Origin: Octopus sinensis
Lineage: Eukaryota
DNA length: 64,000 nucleotides
Direction: 5' to 3'
NCBI RefSeq assembly: GCF_006345805.1
Contig: NC_043016.1
Coordinates: 27,342,001-27,406,000, forward strand
This document shows, piece after piece, positions 26,026 to 39,200 of this stretch. The stretch's first letter is position 1. Each line of letters opens with the position of its first letter. Made by a program: the position numbers and the translations under genes. The notes beneath the pieces were generated by a model. That model searched no databases, was not told where the DNA came from, and worked only from the letters and a program-made list of their open reading frames with translations.

Positions 26026-27807
26026 CAAAGGGCCTCTCTCTCAGAGTAAAAGGTAGACTGTATGACGCATATGTACAAACAGCCATGCTGTATATTGATA
26101 TATATATAGTGTTTGAGACCTTTTTTTGAAAGGGTGATTTATATATATATATAAATATATTGGGTTGGTGCATAATTATATATATATACATATATATACA
26201 TACATATGTATGTATATATATATGTATATTTATATATACATATATGTATATATCTATACATATAAATTTGACATGGGTGATTCTTTCTTGTCTTGGGATT
26301 CACAGTCAAATTGCTGGGTGGGATTGCATGAAAAATTACATGTGTAGAATGATTCAGTGGTGATGCTGGGCTTTGTATTTTTCATAGCTCCCATGGTTAC
26401 TGAGATAATCTACTATAATAATACTCTTGTGTTTATGAATGAGAAAGGAAGGGATGATGTCATACTTGGTAGTGAGATGATGAAAATTGTATACTGAAAA
26501 AGTAAATCTAGCATATATATATATATGTGTGTGTATAGAGATGTGTATATATGTCATATATATATTATATAAAATCCGTTCTGTCTGTCTGTATGTCATC
26601 TAGGATCTCGGGCATCCTCCATCCGATTGCACTGAAATTTGATATGTAGATACTGACGCTATCAGGGCGTGTATAAGTCTTGAAGAAATTACAAAAATCG
26701 ATTCCAGGTGAGAATGCAATCGATAAAGCCGTGGGAATGTGCATTTGTACACGCACATACATCAGCTATTGCGATCGATACGCGTACACGAGAAAAATGC
26801 ACGTGCATTTTGCGCAAAAAAAGCCGGCTGGCTTGAAATAATATCACAAAATGCAGAATATTTGAGAGACCAAACAAGTAAGATGCAAAAGAGATATTTT
26901 CTTCAAACTTAGCATGAAGGAAGGAAAGACTATTTGGTTTCTCAAGAAGTTTTTTTTTTTTTTTTTTTGCCTTAACTTTGTTTAACAAAACCAAAAATTT
27001 TATTGAAATAAAGGCATGCTTAATTATTTTTTAATGAAAAGAAAACTCTGATTTCTTTTTATTCAAGGAAGAAAATACTATTTTCTTGCTAATAAATGAT
27101 TTTTGTTGCCTTACAGCTTTAAACCAAAAAAGTGTGCGTTTTAGCAAAAGAAAGCCATTATTGTATTCAATCAAGATTTTTTGAGCTTTATTTCATCATC
27201 GTTTTTGTCCTGCTTGTCTTCTGTCAACCTGTACATAACTGCATCTTCCATGTTTTGTTGTTTTTGTACTGCTTAAAAGCTTACTGTTTAAACTATGTTT
27301 GTGTTCTCCCAGTCAACAGCCTTATCATTACTGGTACTTTAAACACTTCAGTTGCATATTTGTGTGAATAAAATCGTTTTTCTTTGCAATAGGAAAAAAG
27401 TCTATCTTTTTGGATGGGGGTGTTTAGCTCTCATATATATATAAATATGTGTGTCTGTGTGTGTGTATGTATATATATATATATATATGTGTGTGTTTGT
27501 ATGTATATATATATATATATATATACATACACATGTGTATATATATATATGTGTGTGTATATGTTTGTATGTATATGTCTATATGTATATATATATGTTT
27601 GTATGTAAATGTATATATAGATAGAGAGAGAGAGAGAGCAATAAGGAAATGGAGGGGATCAATAGGTGGTTCATCAACTTTTAGACATTATATTATGTCA
27701 ACTTATTTATTTACTAAAATGACAATTACAAGAATATACATACATATGTATATGTTTTATATATAAATATATGTATGTTTATATATATATATATATATAT
27801 GTATGTT

Positions 27808-27838
<31 letters not shown>

Positions 27839-27860
27839 ATATAATATGTATGTATGTTTT

Positions 27861-27955
<95 letters not shown>

Positions 27956-27992
27956 TTTATATATATATAATATATATATGTATGTATGTTTT

Positions 27993-28029
<37 letters not shown>

Positions 28030-28080
28030 ATATATTATATATATATGTATGTATGTTATATATATATATGTATGTATGTT

Positions 28081-28150
<70 letters not shown>

Positions 28151-28182
28151 TATATATTATATAATATATATGTATGTATGTT

Positions 28183-28217
<35 letters not shown>

Positions 28218-28246
28218 TATATATATAATATATATATATATGTTTT

Positions 28247-28285
<39 letters not shown>

Positions 28286-28305
28286 ATATATATATATATA
28301 GTTTT

Positions 28306-28338
<33 letters not shown>

Positions 28339-28409
28339 ATATATATATATATATGTTTTTATATATATATATATATATATGTTTTTATATATATATATAT
28401 ATATGTTTT

Positions 28410-28442
<33 letters not shown>

Positions 28443-28456
28443 ATATTATATATATG

Positions 28457-28511
<55 letters not shown>

Positions 28512-31500
28512 ATATATATCAATGATTGTCTGAAATCTCATCCGGAGAGATCCGCACTTGTTGCAAAAGCGTTACAGCGATATGATATGGATGTTGTAGC
28601 GTTAGCCAAAACAAGAATTCATGGAAAGGGGAATTTCTTAGAGAAATCTGCTGGGTATCATTTCTTTTGGAGTGGTAGAGAGGAGACCTATAAGAGAGAA
28701 TCAGGAGTGGGATTTGGTATCAAAACCACACTGGTTTCAAAACTTGAGGAACTACCATGTGATCATTTGGATCGTTTGATGTCTTTAAGACTTCAATTAA
28801 GAAAAGGTCGCTATACAACACTCATAAGTGCATATGCTCCAACTATGAATTCATCAGAGGATGATAAACTTGCCTTCTATCTATTACTTACAGAGATTAT
28901 TTGCAGTATCCCCAATGATGACAAAGTTGTCATTTTAGGTGATTTTAATGCTCATGTTGATCCAGATTCGGAGACTTAGGGTATCTTAGGAAAACATGGG
29001 GTTGGGAGTTCCAACAGTAATGGTTTACTGCAGTTACAAATGTACGTAGAGATGGATTTTTGTGTCATGAATAAAATGTTTCAACTAAAGAATAAGTAGT
29101 AAATGACTTGGATGCACCCTGGTTCTAAGAAATAGCATCTTATAAATTACGTCCTCACCAGGAAAACGAGATACTAGGGACTTTGCTATTGTACGAGTGA
29201 TGCGTGGTGCAGAGTACTGGACTGACCATAGGCTTTTGCGTACCAAGGTGAAAGTTTTTGTCAAGCCTAAGGTTAGAGCAAATAATGACAAGTTACCTAA
29301 ATGGAATGATGTCAATAGACTTAAGATTCCGTCAGTACGCAATGAGTTTGTGAATGAGATAAACAATTTGTCCTGTGATGGAAGGTGGAAGTCATTCAAA
29401 GAAAAAGTATACAAGATTTGTAGTAACATTCTTAGCTTTGTTGTAAAAAAAAAACACCAAGATTGGTTTGATGATAATGATGAAGAAGTTAATCTTATCT
29501 TAGAGAAGTGAAAGGCATTTAACAAGTTTCAACATGTTGACATGTCAATGAACAGGACAGTGGCTACATATTTCAAAGCAGTAAAAGCAACAGTGCAGAA
29601 GAAGCTACGGATGATGCAGGAAAATTGGTGGAGTGGTAGATGCAATGAAATCCAAGTAGCCTCAAATGCTAACAATTCCAAACTTTCTTACTCATCACTT
29701 CGAAGCAAGGATGGCACAGAATTACTAACAAATCCTAAAGATATTGTTGGAAGAGGGAAAGAACATTTTGATGAGTTGCTCAGTAGACCCACTGAAGCTG
29801 ACCTCTCTTTTCTTGATAATATACCTGAGAGACCAATAAAACATCTTATAGCAGAAGTTCCAAACCTGGCTGAAATAAAAGCAGCAATCAGGAAATTGAA
29901 CAATGGAAAGGCCCCTGATATGGATGGACTAGGTGCAGGGATATATATGGTGATCATCTTTGTGCAATATTGATGGATGTGATTCAGAGGGTTTGGCAAA
30001 GTGAAGAGGTTCCGGATTGTTGTGATGCAACTATGGAGATGCTATATAAATCTAAAGGTGGAAAGGATGTCTGTGATAATTATCACGGCATCTGTCTGTT
30101 AGCTGTTGCTGGAAAGGTCCTCTGTAGGGTAATGCTGGATAGATTGCTTCTGCACATTGCTGATGGGGTTCTACCAGAATCACAATGTGGGTTTAGGGAT
30201 AGTAGGAGTACTATGGATATGATATTTTCAGCCAGAGAGTTGCAAGAGAAGTGCATCAAATAGGATATGGACTTATACAAGGTTTTCATTGATGTAACAA
30301 AAGTGTTTGATTCTATCAATAGAATTGCACTTTGGGAGGTCCTGAAAAAGCTAGGATGACCTGAAAAATTTGTGAGAATGCTTAGACAATTTTATGACAA
30401 GATGTAAGTGAGAGTTCATGTTGGAGGTACCTTATCAGATCCAATTTCTGTAGAAAATGGTGTAAAACAAGGTGATATTCCTGTTCTTACACTGTTTGCT
30501 ATATATTTTGCAATAAGTCTTTCAAATAGCTTTTGAAGATTGCCTTAAAGGGGTCTATAAAAGATATAGAACAACAGGAAAACAGTTTAATCTCAAAAGA
30601 CTGTGCTAAAACAAAAGTTTTACATTCTCACCTTGTTGAGTTTCTGTATGCAGATGATTGTGATTTGTTGGCATATTCTCAGAAAGATATGCAGCATATG
30701 GTGAATGTGATTTGTGCAGCATTGGATCTAACAATCAATCTAAAAAAAACTGTTATAATGTACCAACCTGCTCCCTCCAAGATGTATGTGGAACCTTTTA
30801 TAACTGTGCCTAGATTTATTTATTTAGGAAGTACCTTGAGCACTGCTGGTCTTCATGAAATTTCATACAGAATAAGCAGGGCTAGTAGTGCTTTTGGTAG
30901 GCTTGATAGGTGTCTGTGGAAACAGGATAATATATCTTCACAAATTAAAGTTATATAAAGGTATATAACACGTGCGTCCTCCCATCTTTACTATATGGAA
31001 GTGAGGCATGGGTTGTTTACCATAGGCAGGTAAGGCAATTGGAACGATATCATCAATACTGTCTGAGAAAAGTTTGGGGGATAAACTGGAAAATGGTCAT
31101 TAATAATGTGGAGGTGCTTTTGCAAAGATGTTTGAGGTGGGGAGGACATTTGGTAAGGGTGAGTGATGAGCAACTGCCCAAGCAGCTATTGTATGGTGAG
31201 CTGGAAGATGGTAGGAGAGCAGCGCATAAGCCTAAACTAAGGTTTAAAGATTGCCTTAAAAATGCTCTAATACAAACAGGAATTGCAACTGGTAATTGGG
31301 AGAGGGTGGCACAAGACTGTGATGGCTGGAGGAAGATAGTGCATGATGGTTGTTCGAGGTTTGAGAGGGAGAGAGTGAAGTATGAGAGAATTAGGAGGTG
31401 GGACCTGTGGAAAGTGAGACAGTGTTGCTTTTTATGTGTGGGGTTTTGTGGGAGGCCTGGTGAGCTATCAAAAATCTCACAGAAATCGACCCATGATAAA

Positions 31501-32111
31501 CAATGATGTAGCTATTAAACTTCACAACAGAACATGTGTAAAATGTGGAAGGGTGTCCCTCTCGGTTGGAGACCTAAAAAGACACATTAAGAGAGTGCAT
31601 ATGATGGAACTTGTTTCTCCTGCCAGCCAGCACAGTTGTCTAGTATGTAATAAAATGTGTAAAAGCTTGGCTGGGCTGAAAAGTCATATAAGGGCATCAC
31701 ATGGCAACAGTAATGAATCATTTCAGTAAGTCTTCTTGGCAATGGTTTTTCTCATGTTACAAGTGTGCAGCTATGATGTATATATGTGTATTATATATGT
31801 GTATGTATATATGTATGTGTGTATATATATATATATGTTTGTATGTATATATGTATGTATATCATCATCCTCATATATATATATATGCATGTGTATATAT
31901 ATATGTAAATATATATATGTATATAATACAAATAAGAAAATGGAGGAACAGATTCATTTCAATCATCGACTTACAAATATTACCAATTCATATTATTTAT
32001 TAACTACTTAAATAGGAACATACAAATCCAACAAAATAAAACAATATACACCTTATGTATATTATTATATATATATACTTATATATATGTATATATATAT
32101 ATATAATATTA

Positions 32112-32169
<58 letters not shown>

Positions 32170-32515
32170 CACTTATGTATATATATATATATATGTATGT
32201 ATATATATATATATATGTATGTATATATATATATATGTATATATGTATATACACTTATGTATGTATATATATATATATATATATGTATATACACTTATGT
32301 ATATATATATATTATATATATGTATATACACTTATGTATATATATATATATATATATATGTATATAACTTATGTATATATATATATATATGTATATACAC
32401 TTATGTATATATATATATATATATATGTATATACACTTATGTATATATATATATATATATATGTATATACACTTATATATATATGTATATATATATATGT
32501 ATATACACTTATGTA

Positions 32516-32547
<32 letters not shown>

Positions 32548-33214
32548 TATGTTATATATATATATATATAATATGTATATATATATGGTATATATATATA
32601 TATTATATATATGTATATATATATGTATATATATATATATGTATATATATATGTATATATATATATTATATATATGTATATATATATGTATATATATATA
32701 TGTATATACACTTAGGTATATATATATTATATATATATATATATTCTTGTGTATGTGTATTTTGTTTCATATTTATATTTGCATTTTTATATTTTTATAA
32801 TTGTACTTTATAATCTCTGACGAGGCCTTGAGATAGATATATATATATATAAGTAACTCATTTTTAACTACATATTACCTCAATACATCTGACTAATATA
32901 GACAGAATGAAATACCTTTATCTATAGGCTGAAACAGCTGTAAGATCTATTTTGTGTGTATTATTTTTATGGTATTATCTTATTGATGTATATTGTTTTA
33001 TTTTGTTGAATTTGGATGTTCCTATTTATGTAGCTAATAAATAATATGAATTGGTAATATCTGAAAGTCAATGATTGAAATGAATCTGTTCCTCCATTTT
33101 CTTATTTGTATTATGAATTTGAGGTAAAATATTTTACCTTCGCTCATCTAATACAATAAATGAATTAATTGCTTTGCAATTATAAGCATTTATGTATTTG
33201 CCTTGCGTATATAT

Positions 33215-33275
<61 letters not shown>

Positions 33276-36200
33276 TGCGTATGTATATGTGTGTGTATAT
33301 ATATATGAATATGTGTGTGTGTATATGTACTAGGGTTGATTTGTTCAACATAACTTTCAACGCAGCGCCACTGCATGGCTGTAGTCCAATGACTGAAACA
33401 AGTAAAAGAAATATTATTTTTAAAAGATTTTTGTATTAATCAAATTATCAATTTAAAGTTTATAAAATTTAAACAAGTTATTTTTTTTTTAAATGTATTA
33501 ATTAGATTGTTAACCTAAGGAACATGAAAATTATTTAAAGATAGTTTTATTTAAAAACAATTTTTTTATTAATTAAATATTTTGCATTTTTTTTTTTTTA
33601 AGGTTAATGAAACACGGAAATATTCCTGCGAGAAATCGGATTACAAAAGAAAGCACACAATTGGCCGAAGGCGTGCTGTGTCTCGCGTGGTTACATATGA
33701 TGAATCTGTTCCACTCTACGAAGCATTTGTCCGTGCTGCAGAACTACGCGAAAAGAAATCGGAAACAGCCAGAGACAAAAACCATGGCAATGTTTCCACG
33801 CCTTCTATGTCATCCGTCCGAGAAAATGACAAAGGAAGAGAAGACATCAGTGCCACCAGCAGCACCACCCCTGTCATCAATGATAGTACCAAGACCAAAA
33901 AATATCTCCGTAGTGTTAATCACAAGAGTAATACATTACTATCATCAGAGTTGCAACATGGTGTGAAGAAAAGAAAAAATTTGAAGAGATTGCAGTTGAA
34001 AAACGATGCCTTAAAGATGAAAAATCAGAGGAGTGAGGTACAGATAAAAAAGCAAACAGGAAAAGGCCGTCCCAAAAAGTCGGCATCATTGCCTTCATCC
34101 TCCATGCTATCATCAAAACGAACTTCTTCATTAAGAACCAAAAAAACTATTTCAAAATCAAATGTCGATAACTTATTGCGGTTAAACAAAGGTAAAAAAC
34201 TCTCCGTGTGTCTAATACGTTTGAAGCGTGAAGCAAGTTTAAACGCTGCTGCAAAAGTGAATTTGATATATAATGAAAGTTTACAGTCTCCTTCATCAAC
34301 TGTTTTATCATCACCGTCTTCAGCATTTTGTTCTTCACATAGTGGTGGTAGCAAGCAGACAACACAAACACATGCACTTGGATCTAGAACATATAGACAG
34401 ATGAAGAAGAACAAACATAAAATTGTAAATAAAACTAAAAATGCACGAGGTTTGCGTCTGAAACGAGACAGCAGCTTAGCAACAATTAGTTCTCCTGCAA
34501 ATTCTTTAACTCCCTCACCTCGTTCTTCTTCTTCGCGTTCTTCTTGTTCTTCCTCTTCTTTGTGGCAATGCAAATCTGTTGCAGAGATGATTACAGTGAA
34601 GAAGAGAAAACCTGGAAGAAGGAAGCAACATGATACTTCTTCTTCATCCTCATCTTCATTTTCTTCTCCAAATAGAAGTAAAAGACAATTAAAAACAAAA
34701 ACAAAGAAACACAAAGGACCCTCATTGTCTATAGCCAAAAAGTCACTTGAACCAAAAAAATCCAGGCTCAAAAAGTGTCACACAGTTAGATCAACTCGAA
34801 GACAACAACAACAACAACAGCAGCAGCAGCAGCGAAAGAAGAAGAGTAAAGAATTGGAAGAAAGGAAAAAGCATTTAAAATTTTCTCAGACTGAAAATCT
34901 TGTTAAACCTGTGCTGAATCGAAAATTGAAAGAGTGTAATATTCATGAATTAGACTCCTCCTCGTCAAATTTACTGCAGAGTGACAATGCTAAAGGTGTT
35001 GATGTGATTTCGTCTCTCCCAGTTTCAGCATCAAAAAAACGCAACTTAGGGTTTATGTCAGCACAAGAATATTATGTTGGTGCAAGTAATATTAAATCAA
35101 TTCCAGCAATGAAAAAACACAGGAATGAATATCTATCGCCTTCTAAACTCATTCCTAGTAATGCTAAGACAACTTCCTCAATATCAATACCACTATCGGA
35201 GAATCGTAAGTTAAAGTTTCAAACTTCGTTATCATCAACTTGTCGCAGGAGTTGTTATACTTGCCGTTTACAAGCAGGTGTTCGATTGAAAGAGTTTGAA
35301 ACCAGGTGTGAAAAGGCAAATGAAGAGCTGCAGCATGATGCAAATATGAATAAAGCAATTATGAATCATGGTCAATGTGCAAAAGACTGCATCACATGTC
35401 ATCTTGGAGCAGATATGCGGTTAAATGAATATGAATGCGATGAGACAAATTGTAAAATAAACATGAATGACGGAATATACCAAGGAAATGACATATTGTC
35501 TTGTCATTTAAGAGCAGGATTAGAAAAATATCGAGTTGGTTGTGAGGCAGACAGTAGTGGGACGCAGTGTCACAAAAACTGTATCATTTGTCATCATTTC
35601 AGTTCAGGTATGGGTGGTTATCATGTCGGCTGTGAAAATAAAAACATGGAAGGGGAACGAAATCCAAACAATGATGGCATAGCAGTTGTGAATGCGTGTC
35701 GTTTTGTTCAAGCTAACGATGCTCCATCGCCTCTACTGGCACCAACATCAACGCTGCCTTCACATGAAAAAAATTGCAGTGCAGCTTTAGAAAACTCAGT
35801 GACTCTGATGCAGTGTTGTCACCAGCGTCAGCATCATCACCGCCATCATCACCATCTTAACCAACACCCGCATCTATCTCCTTTGGAAAATCCCCAAAAT
35901 TTATTCCGAAATCAGAATCCAGCAGAGAGTAGTAAAAAGCAGCGAACTCTTAAAAAACTGGAGCATAACGAAGCAATTGATGAAGATCTAGATGTTGTCA
36001 CTGTTCCAGATGATAACCCTGCTACGAAGTATTTGAATTTCAATGTAAAAGACAATTATCAATGCCGAGCAATGAGTTGTAATGTTATACAAGAAAAATT
36101 CACTAATGCTAATGAGGAATTAATTAACAAGCGATTAACTAATATTGACATTTCCACTAACGACTCACATGCAGATTGTGAAAATTTAAAAAACATTAAA

Positions 36201-39200
36201 TCTTTGAAATTGCCCAATGATGATGGAATTGATGAAACAATAGATGGATCTGATGTGATTGATGTTGTAGGAGATGAAGATATATCTGCTAGCCCTGATT
36301 ATCGTCAAAATCTGATATCTAATTTTAAATTTGGAGAAACAACACTCGGTAATGACAACCGCCATGACCACCAGCACAAGCATGACGACAATGATGATGG
36401 TAATGATAGTAGCAAACAGTGTAAATCTGTTAATGATTTCAAATTTGAAAAATTAACATTAACGAACAAGCAAAACAAAAAGTTTGGTTTTGGTGTTGCC
36501 GTTGCTGTTTCGTCTGGTTCATCATCATCATCATCATCTTTGTTAGCTAATGAGTTTTCTCGCTCAAATTGTTATCAAAGTTTAAATTCTAACAGAAATG
36601 ACAGCATTAGTAATACTACTAATAATAAAAAAAATCCAGGAAAATCTACTGCGAAATCACTACATTTTACAAATTTACAAGCTCTCAAATCAAATGAAAG
36701 ATTAGATGGCGCTAGTACTGCTGATGCAGTATCAACACCAGCATTGACATCAGCTAAAGATACACATGCTAATTATCCAAATTTAATTATTATTGGAGAT
36801 GATGACAATAAATTAATATATCCTACTAAACGATCAGCAACTGAAGTTGTAGGAGATGTACATCCCAAAAAAAGATGTTATAAGTACACACCACCTTTAG
36901 ATGGTATTGGAAGCAGCCGTTTTCCTTCTAGTACTGCTGGTGCAACAACTACTACTTCATTTGGGCTGTGTAGTAACAAATATTATTATTGTAGTAGTAG
37001 TAGTAGTAATAGTAGTAGTAACGATGGTGGTGTTAGTAATATGAAAAATACTTTTGTAAGTAATAATAATATTAATAGTATTGATAATAACAAGCTTGGT
37101 GGTGTTTGTGCGAAAGAATTGTATTGCTCCAATGAGGAACAGTATATTTGCTATGAAGCTAATTGTCAGAAGCATTCGCCTATGATGGAAAATTCATTAC
37201 GCAAAGTTCCAAAAAGCCTTGCTGATTTAAATATTCCATCTTATGAAACTTGTTCAATGACAACAAAGAGAACAATCACACCAAAGGAACTGAATAAATT
37301 AAAGTTGTCAAGAATTGGTAGTTTACAAGGAAAAACTTGGGGAAAACATACGATGATAGCAAAAGGAATGGTGGAAAGATCGGATAAGTGTAAATTGACT
37401 GAGAAAAGTGCTGGTTTTAATGAAGAAACTTGTGGAAATCATCCAGTGATGGCAAAACGAGTGATAGAGAGATCAGATAAATGTAATTTGTCTGGTAAAG
37501 GTGCTGATTTTCATGGAAAAAATTGGGAAAAGCACAACACAAAGATTGCAAAATTTGTGCCCAGAAAAAGGTCACAAAAAGTTGCTGGTTTTCATGGACA
37601 GAATTGGGAAAAAGATGCAAGGGTTTCAAATTCAGTGTCTGGGAAAACATTTGAGAACATTGCTGGTTTTCATGGAGAAAACTGGGAAAAACATACTGCA
37701 GGGATTTCAAATTTAATGTCTGGGAAAACCCCTGAAAACATTGGTGGATTCCATGGACAAATTTGGGGAAAAGATGCAGTGGTTTCAAATTTGGTGTCTG
37801 GAAAAATATTTGAAAATGTTGCTGGTTTTGATGGAGACAACTGGGAAAAATGCACTACAGGGATTTCAAATTTGGTATCTGGGAAAAGATCAGAGAAAGT
37901 TACAGGTTTCAGTGGACAAACTTGGGAAAAAGATGTTAGGATTTCAAATTTGGCATCTGGGAAAACAAATGAGAATATCTCTGGTAGGTTTCATGGAGAA
38001 GATTGGGAAAAATGCACAACAGGAATTTCAAATTTGATGTCTGGGAAAACCTCCAAAAATATTAGTGATTTTCATGGACAAGATTGGGAAAAAAATGCAG
38101 GGGTCTCAAATTTGGTGCCTGGAAAAGCGTCTGCGAAAATCACTGATTTTGACTCCAAAATATGTGAAAAAAATGCAATGATTACAAACTTGATGTCAAA
38201 GAGAAAGGATGAGTGTAAAGTATCTGAGAAACTCACTAGTTTTGAAGGAGAAATTTGTGGAAAAGACACAGTGGTGGCAAGTTCATCATCAAGAATAGGT
38301 GAATATAAAACAGCTGAGAAATTTGCTAGTTTTGAAGGAGAAATTTGTGGAAAACCTCCGTTGATTTCAAAAGCAATGCCAGAGGGATCGGACAAATTCA
38401 AAATATCTCAAAAAATTGCTAGTTTTGATGGAGAAATTTTTGATAAAAATGCGGTAATGACTAATTTGATGCCAGAGAGATCAGATGGATTTAAAATATC
38501 CAATAAAATCACTAGTTTTGATGGAGAAATCTGTGATAAAAATGCAGTGATGACAACTTTGATGCCAGAGAGATCAGGAGAATTCAAAATATCTGAAAAA
38601 ATTGCTAGTTTTGCTGGACAAACTTGTGATAAAAGTGCAGTGATTTTAAAATCAGTACCAGCATGTTTACCTTCTCCAGAAGCAAAACGGTCCGGAAACA
38701 TTGCTAGTTTTGCTGGACAAACTTGTGATAAAAGTGTGGGTATTTTAAAAGCAATGCCAGCACATAAATCTTCTTCAGAAGCAAAACTATCTGCAGACAT
38801 TACTAGTTTTGACGGACAACCTTGTGATAAAAGTGTGGTGATTTTAAAATCTATACCAGCATGTATGCCTTCTCCAGACGCAAAACTATCTGCAAATATT
38901 GCTAGTTTTGATGGACAAACTTGTGATAATTGTCCAGCGGTTGCAAAATCGCTGTTAGAAAGAAAAGCAGGGAAAATTCAGTTAGCTAGGAAAAACGTTG
39001 CAGCTTTTGATAGACAAAGTTGTGACAAAAAAAAACACCCGGTGATGAGCATGAGAAAATCAGTACCAAAGAAACCAATTGAATGTAAATTTCCAAAAGA
39101 AATTGCTTGTTTTGATGCTACAGAGTGTTGTGAAAGTCATTTTATGATGGAAGAATCACTGCAGCATCATGGTGAATGTAAGGGGTCAAAAAACCTTGGC

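Noticed and set aside
27414-28533. Many YI/MYV-rich ORFs, also at 32000-32813, 45745-46228 and 58477-58873
   Set aside because: Translations of (TA)n/(TATG)n microsatellites; no coding signal.
33582-33602. TTG start given by the ORF track (MHFFFFK)
   Set aside because: This is the polypyrimidine tract and AG acceptor of exon 2.
34062-34079. KGRPKK AT-hook-like motif in exon 2
   Set aside because: A single short match in a K/R-rich region, lacking the canonical RGRP; cannot be supported without conservation data.
34025-34771. 248-aa antisense ORF and other antisense ORFs within exon 2 (e.g. 39938-40483)
   Set aside because: Shadow frames of a long low-complexity coding exon.
35376-35597. 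CxxCH haem-c attachment motifs
   Set aside because: Nuclear protein with no signal or transit peptide; the motif is short and arises within a Cys/His repeat.
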